Shown here: positions 8,622 through 18,527 of the stretch, piece by piece | How the letters are laid out: each line of letters starts with the position of its first letter | How positions within the stretch are numbered: the stretch's first letter is position 1 | Source of the DNA: Candidatus Hydrogenedentota bacterium | GTDB taxonomy: Bacteria > Hydrogenedentota > Hydrogenedentia > Hydrogenedentales > SLHB01 | Direction of reading: 5' to 3' | Length of the DNA stretch: 64,000 nt | Assembly: GCA_963674865.2 (NCBI GenBank) | Contig: CAXXYE010000001.1 | Location: 352,001 to 416,000, forward strand | The notes under the pieces: model-generated | What the model was told of the DNA's origin: nothing | Databases searched by the model: none | What the model saw: the letters and a program-made list of their open reading frames with translations, nothing else | Translations under genes and position numbers: made by a program

Positions 8622-10826
8622 GTGCGGCATATGACGATTGAAGACGCCAAGAGTACGTGCCTCCACCCGGCGGGAAGTGAGCTCGAGCGGCGCCGTGCAG
8701 GCGTCATCTGCTTGGCCCTTTTCGTGCTTACGTTAGGCGTATTCTGGCCCGCGCTTCACGGCGACTTCCTGAGCTACGATGATGACGGCTTCGTCACCAA
8801 TAACCGCTACGTCTCCCGCGGTTTCACCAGCGAGGGATGGGCCTGGGCCTGGACCACCGGGCACTACGGCCTTTGGCATCCCCTCACGTGGCTCAGCCAC
8901 ATGCTCGACGCTGAACTCTACGGCCTGTATCCAGGCGGCCACCATGCAACGAGCCTCTTCATTCACGCCGCGAGCGTCGTGCTGTTATTTCTTTGGCTTC
9001 GCAATATGACGGGCGCCTTGTGGCGCAGCGCCTGTGTCGCGGCGCTCTTCGGCCTTCATCCACTTCGCGTCGAGTCGGTGGCATGGATCGCCGAGCGCAA
9101 AGATGTGCTTGGCGCGTTCTTCTGGATGCTCACTCTCTTGGCGTACGCGCGATATGCGGCAAGCCTCAAGAGCCGGGCGGGGGCAGGCCCAGGCGTCAAG
9201 GACCTCGCTCAGTCTGCCGAATCGAAACCCGTCTGGCTGCGGTATGTCGTGGTGGTTTTGTGCTTTGCCTTGGCGCTTCTTTCGAAAGCCACGGTGGTTA
9301 CCTTGCCTTGTGTCCTGCTTCTACTCGACTGCTGGCCGCTGAGGCGTCTTGATCTCAAGGAAGGCGACTTCAGGAAATTGGCGGAGGACGGGGCGAAATT
9401 GATCGGCGAAAAGGCGCCTCTCTTTGTCATGTCGGCGGCCGCCGTGCTCGTCAATGTGCTGGCCTCGCGACACTCCGGCGCTATGAGGCTCCTGAGTGGG
9501 CTTCCCAGGACTGCGCGCTTCGAGAATGCCTCGGTGTGCTACGTCAAGTATCTCAGCAAGATGTTCTGGCCAAGCCCCCTTGCCGTGTTCTACCCCCATC
9601 CACTCGATGCACTGCCTGCGTGGCAAGTGGCGAGTGCCTTGGCGCTGCTTCTCGGCGTGTCTGTTGGCGTGGTGCTGCTTGTGCGTCGGAGGCCCTACCT
9701 GTTTGTAGGCTGGTTCTGGTATGTGGGCGTGCTGGTGCCTACCGTCGGTTTTGTCCAGGCCGGGACTCAGGCCATGGCTGATCGCTATAGCTACTTGCCT
9801 TCCGTTGGCATCGCCCTCGCCGTCACTTGGGGCGCGTCCGACGTGCTTGGCGGCTCGCGGCCGGGCCGGGCCATTCTGTCGACATGTGCGGCACTGGCGC
9901 TCGTGGCTATGGCGGCAGGCACGCGGGCGCAATTGCTCTATTGGCGCGATACGGCTACGCTTTTTGAGCACACGCTCCGCGTGACGGAGAAGAATGCCGT
10001 TGCCCACAATAACTTCGGACGCGCCCTGTACCGGCAAGGGCGCTACGATGAAGCCGTCAAGCAGTTTCGCGCCGCATTGGCCATCCGGCCCGACCACCCC
10101 TGGGCGGCCTACAACATGGCCAACGCCCTTCTGGCCAAAGGAGACACGGACGCGGCCATTGCCGAGTACGACAAGGCCATCCCCCTTAATCCGGAGGCGG
10201 CTATTATCCGCATCAACCTCGGCAACGCCCTCTTGCAGAAGCACAATGTTGACGAGGCGATTACACGCTATGGCGAAGCCCTCGCGCTGGATCCGGATCA
10301 GTCCGGGGCGCACGCCAATCTGAGCGTCGCGCTTCTCCGGCAAGGCCATTCCGAGGAGGCGCTCGATCACGCGGCGGCCGCCTTGAGCCTCGATCCGAAG
10401 AGTGCCGATGCCCATCACGCCCTCGGGCGCGTTCTGGCCGCACAGGGCCGTATTCCCGAGGCAATAGAGCACTATGAGGAGTCCCTGGCGCTTTCGCCCG
10501 AGAACGCCCAGGCCCACAACGACTTGGGCAGCTTGTTGGCCCAACAAGGGCACTACGCCGAGGCCGGCAGCCATTTTGCCCGCGCCTTGGAGCTGATGCC
10601 GGACTACTACGCCGCGCTGGTGAACATGGCGATCTTACTCGAAATCGATGGGCAATGGGTGGCCGCCGCGGAGCACTTCGCGCACGCCTTGCGTCTTCGT
10701 CCGGACTCCGAGGCGGCCCGGGATGGCCTGCAGCGCGCGGAGGCGCAGAGGACGGAATCCGGCGCTGAGGGTGGCTCGATCGAGCAAGCGCCGGACTCGG
10801 AAAGCCCCGCGGTGGTGGAGCCCTGA
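8622..10826 (+). CDS. TMTC-like GT-C membrane protein with a longer TPR array (paralog of the upstream gene)
   Basis: YDDD, WHPLTWLSHMLD, HPLRVESVAWIAERKDVL and ADRYSY, followed by about 7 TPRs. Confidence 0.82.
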   Translation: MRHMTIEDAKSTCLHPAGSELERRRAGVICLALFVLTLGVFWPALHGDFLSYDDDGFVTNNRYVSRGFTSEGWAWAWTTGHYGLWHPLTWLSHMLDAELYGLYPGGHHATSLFIHAASVVLLFLWLRNMTGALWRSACVAALFGLHPLRVESVAWIAERKDVLGAFFWMLTLLAYARYAASLKSRAGAGPGVKDLAQSAESKPVWLRYVVVVLCFALALLSKATVVTLPCVLLLLDCWPLRRLDLKEGDFRKLAEDGAKLIGEKAPLFVMSAAAVLVNVLASRHSGAMRLLSGLPRTARFENASVCYVKYLSKMFWPSPLAVFYPHPLDALPAWQVASALALLLGVSVGVVLLVRRRPYLFVGWFWYVGVLVPTVGFVQAGTQAMADRYSYLPSVGIALAVTWGASDVLGGSRPGRAILSTCAALALVAMAAGTRAQLLYWRDTATLFEHTLRVTEKNAVAHNNFGRALYRQGRYDEAVKQFRAALAIRPDHPWAAYNMANALLAKGDTDAAIAEYDKAIPLNPEAAIIRINLGNALLQKHNVDEAITRYGEALALDPDQSGAHANLSVALLRQGHSEEALDHAAAALSLDPKSADAHHALGRVLAAQGRIPEAIEHYEESLALSPENAQAHNDLGSLLAQQGHYAEAGSHFARALELMPDYYAALVNMAILLEIDGQWVAAAEHFAHALRLRPDSEAARDGLQRAEAQRTESGAEGGSIEQAPDSESPAVVEP

Positions 10827-10827
10827 C

Positions 10828-11595
10828 GTGGCAAAGAGCGCGCCAAACCGGTTTCAAACCTTCTTCGGAGAGGGCAAGTACCTCGTTCTTAAGAACCACC
10901 TCTACAACTACTTGCTCCGGAAGCGTGCCATCACCCGCGCCCTCGAGGAAGAGGCTCCCGCGCTCGTCCTTGAGGTGGGCAGCGGCATCTCGCCGATAGT
11001 GACGGATATGGAGCGGGTCGTCTATTCCGAACTGTCGCCGAAGGCGTTGCTGACGCTCAAGGAGGCCTTCGGGACGGGCGCCCACGTGGCCGCCGATGCC
11101 GCCCGCTTGCCCTTCGCGGATGGGGCGTTCTCCCATACCATCTGTTCAGAGGTGCTGGAGCACATCGAGGATGATCGGCGTGTGCTGCGAGAACTCGCCC
11201 GCGTCATGCAACCATCAGGCAAACTCGTCATCACGTTTCCCCACCGGAAGTTCTACTTCTTTGGGGATGATCGATTTGTGCGTCATATTCGCCGCTACGA
11301 ATTGGACGACATGCTCGCCCGATTGAAGGAGGTCGGCCTCGAGCCGCTTTACGTGCGCAAGATCCTGGGGCCTCTTGAGAAGTTTCTCATGACGGCGATA
11401 GTCATTTGCTACGCCATCATCCAGAAAGGGCGTCCAGCTACCGCGGAGAGCCAACCGCCCTCCGGCTTGGGGGGCGTGGGGACGTGGCTCTTCAAATGGC
11501 TCAATCGATGTCTCGCGATTCTGGTTTGGCTAGATGCCCGGATGATGCCCCGGGCGCTGGCGAGCGGCTTACTCATCGTCGCGTCCAAGTCGTAA
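10828..11595 (+). CDS. Class I SAM-dependent methyltransferase
   Basis: LEVGSG motif I, ADAARLPFADGAF and CSEVLEHIEDD. GTG start right after the upstream stop. Confidence 0.85.
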   Translation: MAKSAPNRFQTFFGEGKYLVLKNHLYNYLLRKRAITRALEEEAPALVLEVGSGISPIVTDMERVVYSELSPKALLTLKEAFGTGAHVAADAARLPFADGAFSHTICSEVLEHIEDDRRVLRELARVMQPSGKLVITFPHRKFYFFGDDRFVRHIRRYELDDMLARLKEVGLEPLYVRKILGPLEKFLMTAIVICYAIIQKGRPATAESQPPSGLGGVGTWLFKWLNRCLAILVWLDARMMPRALASGLLIVASKS

Positions 11596-11693
11596 CCCTA
11601 CGCCACGGAACGGTATACAACCTGAGTCGACAAATGAGGTTTGCCGGTGTCTCGCTGTCGAGCGTATAATGATCTGTCTGAAGGAGGACGGTT

Positions 11694-13635
11694 ATGAGGC
11701 TGGTTCGGATAGGTGTCGCGGCTGTTTCGGTGAAGGTCGGCGACTTCGCCGGGAATGTGTCGCGGCTCGCGGAGGTCGTTGCCGCCGCTGGGGACGAAGG
11801 CGTGGACCTGCTGGTGACGCCGGAGCTGGCCATCTCCGGCTACAGCCTCGAGGATCGCGTGTGGTGGCCCGACATCGCGCGCCGGAGCTGGGATCGCCTG
11901 CTCGAACTCGCCGAAGCCTGCCGGGGCATCACGGCTTTTTTTCGGACTTCCCGTGCATCGGGACGCCATGATGTATAACGCTGCGGCCCTCGTCCACAAT
12001 GGGCAGGTTCGGGGCCTGATTCTCAAGAAGTTTCTCCCTACCTATAGCATCTTCTACGAGGGCCGGAATTGGACGGCCTGGCGGCAAGGTGTCACGACGA
12101 TCAACGGCGTACCGGCGGGCGACCTCGTCTTCCGCCTGCCCTTCGGCGCGGTTAGTGCCGAGATCTGTGAAGACCTCTGGGCGGCGGACTCGCCCGCGCG
12201 CGCGCGTGTGGCGGCGGGGGCCGAGATCATCTGCAACGGCAGCGCCTCACCCTTTACCCCCCGCAAGAATCAGCAACGCCGCCGCCTTGTCCTCGGTGTC
12301 GCGGAGAATCTGGCGTGCGTGTATGCCTACGCGAATCTGCTCGGATGCGACAGCAGCAGGCTCGTGTTCGACGGCGGCGGCATTATCGCCTCGCCCGCGG
12401 GCATCATCGCCGAAGGCGACCTGCTCTCGAAATCGTACTGGACACTCGCCAAGGGCGTCGTCGACCTGGATCATATCACCCGTGTCCGCGCCGAGAATAG
12501 CACCTGGCGTCAGAACGCCGCGTCGGGCGATGACGCGTCTCCCACAGCCACGATCGATCTCGCCCAAAATGTTCGTGCCCCGGCGCCTCCCAACGGCGCC
12601 GACCTCGCCGAATACGTGGGCCAGTTGCCAGCGGACCTATTTGTCGCCGAATCGGCGTCTACCTGCGACGAGACGACGGCTTATCTGGATGAGTTGTTTG
12701 ACGCCCTTGTGTTGGGACTCCGGGACTACTTCGAGAAGGTTGGAATCTTCAAGCGCTTCTTGGTGGCCGTCTCCGGTGGACGCGATAGCGCCTTGTGCCT
12801 TCTGCTTGCTGTACACGCGGCGAGATCGCTCGGAGGCAGTGAGAGCAGGGAAGCTGACGCCAACAAGGTATGGACGGTTTACCTGCCCAATCAGAAGTTC
12901 AGCAGCGCCGCCACCGAGCAGGCCGCCCGGGCATTGACGGAGGAACTGGGCGTCAGTTTCAAGGTCGTCGCCATTGCCGAGGAGGCCAAGGTCGCGCTCG
13001 ACAAGGCTGCCGAACTGATGGGCGGCGAAGACAAAGTGACCCCGCTGGCCCGGCAGAACCTTCAGGCCCGCGTACGCGGCAACATGATGCTGAATTGGGC
13101 CAACAGCGCCGCGGCGCTTCTCTTGGTAACCTCCAACCTAAGCGAGGCCGCCGTGGGCTACTCGACCACGGGCGGCGACAACCAGGGGGGATATGCTCCC
13201 ATCGCCAATATCCCCAAGACCGTTGTTACGAGACTCCTCGAACATATTGCCAAACGGGACGGGATCAATGGCATTGACGCCGTTCTTGCCTTGCCGCCAA
13301 GCGCCGAACTGGCCCCGGATCAGCAGGACGAAACCGACCTGATGCCTTACGTCATTCTGGACGACCTGCTCTATCTCTTCGCGCGCCGCCGCTTGGCGCT
13401 GCCGGATTGCTGGCGCGTGCTCTGTCAGCGCCACAAGGATGCGGAGCCCGAGCAATTGCGTGAATGGACCGCGCGGTTTGGCCGCCTTTTCGCCGCGAGC
13501 CAGTGGAAACGCGAGCAATTGCCCGTGGCAATGAAGATCATGGATCTCGACCTCGACCCGAAAACGGGCTTCCGATTCCCCGTGACGCAAAGCATGCAGG
13601 ACGAGTTGGACGAGTTGGCCTCGGCCGAGCTGTAG
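11694..13635 (+). pseudogene. nadE: Glutamine-dependent NAD+ synthetase split by a +1 frameshift in a T7 run (11936-11942); may be a sequencing error
   Basis: ORF 11694-11978 has the nitrilase N-terminus (TPELAISGYSLED). ORF 11953-13635 has K..LPTY..FYE, EICEDLW, SGGRDS, QNLQARVRG and PPSAEL. Deleting one T gives a continuous ITAFFGLPVHRDAMMYNAA. Confidence 0.85.
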
Positions 13636-13780
13636 ATGGTGTCTACAAGATCCCGACTCCGGCGGCCTGTTCTCGCTTCGGTAGAGGTCGCTTTGCTGGG
13701 CCGGGATCTCCCATGGATAGCGCGTTTTCTTGTGGGGACTCTTGTTGCCGGACGGGATTGAGCCGCAAGAGAGGGAGGCT

Positions 13781-15532
13781 ATGAACCAGTCGAACAACGA
13801 GTGCCAGGCGCCGAATGGAACATCCTGTGTCTTCCGCAATTCTGTTCTCTGGCCGCCCTTTGCGGCCTTGGCATTGGCAACGCTGATCGTGAGTCCCGTG
13901 GCCGACTTCCCTCTGCACGATGACTGGATCTACGCCAAGATCGTCCGTGGCCTTGTCACGGAGCACCGCTACATCCCGCATTCCTTCGCCGCTCCAATGG
14001 CCGTTACGCACATTGCTTGGGGCGCATTATTCACCTCTGTGTTCGGCCTGAGCTACACCGTGCTGCGGTTATCGACGCTCGTCCTGGCGGGTGTGGCCTT
14101 GTGGGCGACGGCGCGATGCGGCTTGGAGCGGCGTCTATCCCATTGGCTGGCCCTGCTCTGTGCGGCGGTTTTGCTATGCAACCCGATCTTTTTCAATCTG
14201 GCCTATACCTACATGACGGATGTGCCGTTTCTCGCGCCGCTAATCCTGGCGGGACTCTTCTATATGCGAGCCCTCCGCCTCGGGCGTGCGGGCGACGTCG
14301 CGCTCGGTAGCCTGTTCGCGGTATTGGCCGCATCCATCCGCCAGTTCGGCGTATTTGTCTCGCTGGCCTACGCATCGACGGCGGCGCTGCTCTGGCTGTG
14401 CCGAAGGCGAGCCGTACGCCCCGCCGAGGTAGGCGCCTTTGCAGCGCCGTGGCTCGCGGGACTCCTCCTCTTCCTCTTTCTCCCGGATTCGGGCCAGCGC
14501 TCACCGGCCTTGGCGGACTTTTCGGAATTCAGTGTCGCTGCGGCGCTATTCGACACCTTGTGGTTTCTCGCCGCCGCGGCCACGTACTTGGGCCTGTTCA
14601 TGCTGCCACTTACCTGCGCTCGCGGGATCCAGCTTCTGGCACGCCGCGCTCGATGGACCTACCGCCAGTGGATCGCCTTTCCGTGGGTGTGTATCTTCAT
14701 CTTCGCTGGCCTGTGCAAGCTCCGCGAACTCAAGATGCTTTGGATGCGGCCCATGCCGGTACTCGGCACCATCCTCTACGACTTAGGCACGGGATGGATT
14801 AGCCAGCCTGAGATCCATCTCATGAGGCAGGATCAATGGACCCCCGTCAACATCGGCCCCTGGTGGTGGCTCATCACTTTCCTCGCCATCGGCTCCGCGG
14901 CCGTGCTTTTCGTCGACATCGTTCCCAGGCTCTTGCGCCCTCTGTTTCGCCGCGGCGCCGCGACGCAGAATGATACATCTTCTGATACCGACACAGCCCA
15001 GGAGCTGTTCCTGTTCTTCTGGGGAGTGGCATTCCTGGCGGCGCCCTACCACATCCTAATGCGGGCGACCTTCGATCGGTACTTCCTACCCGCCGTTCCG
15101 CCTTTTGCCATCCTCTGCGCGCGCTCCCTGGGATCGGTGCCAAAACGCCGCCCCATCGCCGCGGCCTGGATGGTGTGCGCCTTGGCGTTCACCTTCTCGC
15201 TGGCGGGTGTGCAGGATTACCTGGCATGGAACCGGGCGAAATGGCAGGCCATCGCCCATCTCACAAACGAGCTGAAAGTCCCGGTGGGCCAGATTGACGG
15301 TGGATTCGAGTACAACGGCGTGTATACGAGTGAGGCGTATCAAGAAGCCACGGGCACGCATGCCTTCCATGAATGGGGGAACCTAGGCTACTGGATTCTC
15401 GACAATGCCTACGTAGTGGCGTTCAAACCCCGCGAAGGCTACGCGGAAATCAGCCGCGTTCCCTATTTCTCGTGGCTGGGCATGAAGACGCGCCACTTGC
15501 TTGTGCTCAAACGCGACGAGACACCCCCGTAA
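13781..15532 (+). CDS. GT-C (PMT/ArnT-like) multi-pass membrane glycosyltransferase
   Basis: DFPLHDDWIY, YMTDVPF, SIRQFG and FDRYFLP, with more than 10 hydrophobic segments. RBS GGGAGG precedes ATG 13781. Confidence 0.75.
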   Translation: MNQSNNECQAPNGTSCVFRNSVLWPPFAALALATLIVSPVADFPLHDDWIYAKIVRGLVTEHRYIPHSFAAPMAVTHIAWGALFTSVFGLSYTVLRLSTLVLAGVALWATARCGLERRLSHWLALLCAAVLLCNPIFFNLAYTYMTDVPFLAPLILAGLFYMRALRLGRAGDVALGSLFAVLAASIRQFGVFVSLAYASTAALLWLCRRRAVRPAEVGAFAAPWLAGLLLFLFLPDSGQRSPALADFSEFSVAAALFDTLWFLAAAATYLGLFMLPLTCARGIQLLARRARWTYRQWIAFPWVCIFIFAGLCKLRELKMLWMRPMPVLGTILYDLGTGWISQPEIHLMRQDQWTPVNIGPWWWLITFLAIGSAAVLFVDIVPRLLRPLFRRGAATQNDTSSDTDTAQELFLFFWGVAFLAAPYHILMRATFDRYFLPAVPPFAILCARSLGSVPKRRPIAAAWMVCALAFTFSLAGVQDYLAWNRAKWQAIAHLTNELKVPVGQIDGGFEYNGVYTSEAYQEATGTHAFHEWGNLGYWILDNAYVVAFKPREGYAEISRVPYFSWLGMKTRHLLVLKRDETPP

Positions 15533-16588
15533 TCACCGCCACCCATATTCATAGCCCGTTTCGTACATGGCCACGATGTTTTCCGGCGGGCTGACGGCCT
15601 GGATGTTATGGCAGGGCGCCAAAATGTAGCCGCCTCCCGCGCCGAGGATACGGTAGTTGTCCAATACTTCTTGGCGCACTTCCTCAACGCTTCCGAAGGG
15701 CAGCGTGTACTGATTGTCCATGGCGCCGTGAAAAACCAGTTTGTCGCCGAAGTCCCGCTTCAGCCCTTCGCGCTCCATCCCCGGGCAGCGCCATTGAACC
15801 GGATTCAGTACCTCGATGCCCGTCTCGATCAAGTCGGGGAGAATATCCCTGGCCGCGCCGTCGGTGTGGTGGAACACGTGCGAGCCGTGTTGTTTGGTGA
15901 GGTCCATCATGCGCTTCATACGGGGCAGGAGGAACTCGCGGATGTGCTCGGGGGCGTACAGCAGCTTATCTTGCCCGCCTAGGTCCTCCGCCACGTAGGT
16001 GATGGCCACCTGGCCGGGAATCATCTCGAAAATCCGCAGCGTGGACTGGTAGGCGAGTTCAAACAGCTTATCCAGGCAATAGTGCACAATCTCCGGATTG
16101 ACGAGCAGATCCATGAACGCCTGCTGATCGCCCCGCAGGTTCTTATACAGCAGGAAGGGCTCCGAGCCGCCGCCGCGAATGACGCGATGCTCCTTGCCCT
16201 CGACTTCGCCGGCGAGATGATCGTACGCCCAATGATCCGGACTGGGCCACGCATATCCGGCTTCGATCTCTTCGACGGAGGCGAACTGCGCCAGAGGCGA
16301 CGTGACGGCCTCGTTGTAGATCCCTGTGCCGTAATCGATCTCGCGATACGAGATTCCCCAGATGTCTTTACCTTCCTCCGGCGGCGGCCCGGCATATCGC
16401 CCGCCCACGCCCAACGGCGGATCGATGTGCAGCCGTGCGCAGACCTCGTCGAAATCGCAGCCGAGGTGCGCGCACAGTTTCTCCGTCGCTTCCGGCGTCC
16501 CCCAATAATCCATCGGCACGCGATCCGGCGTCTCACAATTGAGCACGGCCAGCCACCGCTCACGGGGCGTCATAGTTTCCTTCGGCAC
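15533..16588 (-). CDS. Uroporphyrinogen decarboxylase (URO-D/MtaA-CmuA) family protein
   Basis: MTPRER...PDRVP, EDLGGQ, HHTDG, LNPVQ and GGGYILAPCHNIQ...PPENIVAM. GTG start with RBS GAGGAG. Confidence 0.85.
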   Translation of the reverse strand: MPKETMTPRERWLAVLNCETPDRVPMDYWGTPEATEKLCAHLGCDFDEVCARLHIDPPLGVGGRYAGPPPEEGKDIWGISYREIDYGTGIYNEAVTSPLAQFASVEEIEAGYAWPSPDHWAYDHLAGEVEGKEHRVIRGGGSEPFLLYKNLRGDQQAFMDLLVNPEIVHYCLDKLFELAYQSTLRIFEMIPGQVAITYVAEDLGGQDKLLYAPEHIREFLLPRMKRMMDLTKQHGSHVFHHTDGAARDILPDLIETGIEVLNPVQWRCPGMEREGLKRDFGDKLVFHGAMDNQYTLPFGSVEEVRQEVLDNYRILGAGGGYILAPCHNIQAVSPPENIVAMYETGYEYGWR

Positions 16589-16675
16589 AGGCTGCTCCTC
16601 CTCTGCTGGTAGAACGAGTCTCAATCGACGCTGCTTAGCGCCAAGCCAAGTCACACTTGCTACAGCGCAAGAAAC

Positions 16676-16730
16676 GGGGACTGACACAAGAGAAGCGAAG
16701 CGCAGACATGTCTGTCCCTGGCTTTTCGCG
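16676..16730. repeat. Intact REP-like palindrome with RAYT-type ends (type A)
   Basis: GGGGACTGACACAAGAGAAGCGAAGCGCAGACATGTCTGTCCC; homologous to 1946-2163 and 44636-44693. Confidence 0.8.
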
Positions 16731-17447
16731 CTACCGAACATCCTTTCCCGAGATGCCGCCCACTGTCAGGTTCGGATCGGGGAGGCCGTCATTCGCGGGA
16801 ATAATATCCCTCGAATCAACGTATTCCGCGTGGCCATCGGCGAAAAGGTAGTTCCGCTTGCCGCCCCACCCAAACCAGCCTGGATCATTCGCGAACGCGT
16901 CATGATTCGCGTACCACTCGCCCAAGAGGATCTTCTTCGTGGGATGCCGCACGGCTCCGGCGCGCTGGGACTTGCTCGCCATTGGATTCTGGAAGGTGGC
17001 CGTGTACGAGTCGGTGGAATCAATCTGCTCCGGAGAGTGGTAGAAAGCCATCGAGTATGCGTACGACGTGCGCTCGAAGACCTCTACACTTTCCAGCCGC
17101 TGATCGGACGGACAATGGAACACGCCGGGCCGCTCCTTGTCCCCTGGCACGTACTCCGCCAGCAACGTGCGCCAACCACGCCCCATCCACAGCCAATAGT
17201 GAGGATCCGCGCTGACGGGATCCGGCGCCGACGGATACGTGTCGTCATGATCGGCCAGGTACATGTGAAAGGCCAGGCCGAGCTGTCTGAGATTGCTGAT
17301 GCACGACGTCCGGCGGGCGCCTTCCTGCACTCGGAAGAGTGTTGGCAGCAGTAGCGCCATCAGGAGGCCAAATATGGCCAGTACCACCAGCAATTCGACC
17401 AGCGTGAATCCGCGCCTGTGCGCGAGTGGATTCGTTGAGAATTCCAT
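16731..17447 (-). CDS. Prepilin-type N-terminal cleavage/methylation protein (DUF1559 / H-X9-DG type)
   Basis: [37 protein letters not shown] and NYLFADGH. Confidence 0.88.
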   Translation of the reverse strand: MEFSTNPLAHRRGFTLVELLVVLAIFGLLMALLLPTLFRVQEGARRTSCISNLRQLGLAFHMYLADHDDTYPSAPDPVSADPHYWLWMGRGWRTLLAEYVPGDKERPGVFHCPSDQRLESVEVFERTSYAYSMAFYHSPEQIDSTDSYTATFQNPMASKSQRAGAVRHPTKKILLGEWYANHDAFANDPGWFGWGGKRNYLFADGHAEYVDSRDIIPANDGLPDPNLTVGGISGKDVR

Positions 17448-17563
17448 GTCTTTCCTCGGAAACCCATTCTTAGGTTTGGCCCCCGGCAGGCAAGACTGCC
17501 GTCGCGACCCCTTCAGCCACACGGCATTTGCGCTGAATTCCCCGATAGGCCAGGTAGCTTTTG

Positions 17564-18118
17564 TTACCACATCAGATCGTCAGGCACCGCAAACTCGTCG
17601 CCATACTCCTCGCGTTTCCCTTCGCTGGGCGGCGCGTTCAGCAGCACCACGTACTCCGGCGCCCGCTCGATGATTTTCTCCGCGACGGCCGCGGGAATGA
17701 CGACATACTGCCCGTCAAGCGTCGCGACAGCCAAGCGGCCCGTTGCCAGAGCGTGATGTATCTCCTCCGTCACCTCAAGCTGCTTCACGCGTCCGGCGTC
17801 CGCGAAGTGGTGCGCGACGGATCCCTTGAAATGCGCAATGCGATGGCTCGTTAGCCAGTCGCGAACCTGCGCCTCCGCCTCACGCCGGATACGCTCCTCT
17901 TCACGCCGGCGATTCAACTCCTTATCCCGGGCGGCCTTCTCACGACGCGCCTTGGCCGCTTCCTCGGCGATGACCTCGGCATCGGACGGCGCCTCATCCG
18001 GCGCTTGCTGCTTCCGTGCCTGCTTCGCCCGCTGGCGCATCTCGTGCTCGGCGGCCTTCGCTTGCTTCTTAGTGGCAAGTCCCGCCTTCCTGAGCTGTTC
18101 GCGCAACGAATCCGGCAC
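17564..18118 (-). CDS. DUF2058 (YaiL-like) family protein
   Basis: [12 protein letters not shown]-terminus, RDKELN, and C-terminal [14 protein letters not shown]. Confidence 0.85.
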   Translation of the reverse strand: MPDSLREQLRKAGLATKKQAKAAEHEMRQRAKQARKQQAPDEAPSDAEVIAEEAAKARREKAARDKELNRRREEERIRREAEAQVRDWLTSHRIAHFKGSVAHHFADAGRVKQLEVTEEIHHALATGRLAVATLDGQYVVIPAAVAEKIIERAPEYVVLLNAPPSEGKREEYGDEFAVPDDLMW

Positions 18119-18304
18119 GGGCGACTCCTCTCTGTCGCTGTCAACGGAAGCAATTCCTGCCCAAAGGATAGATTGCCCTGGACCTCGCGATCAACGTCCC
18201 GCTCGCCCGCTGCATGCCCGGTGTCCTGTGACGGCCGCGCATGCCGGCTCGCCGCAACGCCACGGTCACGCGGCGGGTGTAACCTTTTGCCCACGTGGCT
18301 ATCT

Positions 18305-18388
18305 CGGCCCTGTAAGGGCCGCGCATACCAGCCCGGCGCAACGCGCCGGCTAACCGTTGTTCTGGCAGGAGGATAGCCCTGTAAGGGC
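18305..18388. repeat. Three-hairpin REP-like element (GCCCTGTAAGGGC x2 around CCGGCGCAACGCGCCGG)
   Basis: Identical 13-bp hairpins at 18307-18319 and 18376-18388, with a central hairpin at 18333-18349. Confidence 0.7.
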
Positions 18389-18527
18389 GTGACACAGCCC
18401 GCCAAGCCCTGCACGCCCGGTGTCGTTCCAACCCCGCACCGTTTACAATGGATTCGCGATTTTCCGTGTCGGCGGCAACAGAAGGGTGGAACGTGCGAAC
18501 CAAGGAACAAATGAGGGAGATCGACAC

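Noticed and set aside
9321..10574. Long antisense ORFs (also 375-1391, 27850-28950, 30061-31140, 44738-46042, 50257-51372, 54475-55677, 60150-61406)
   Set aside because: They shadow well-supported genes, as expected in high-GC DNA, and show no recognisable motifs.
15530..15535. Abutting or overlapping convergent stops (also 23597-23600)
   Set aside because: Common compact-genome arrangement with no evidence of regulatory significance.
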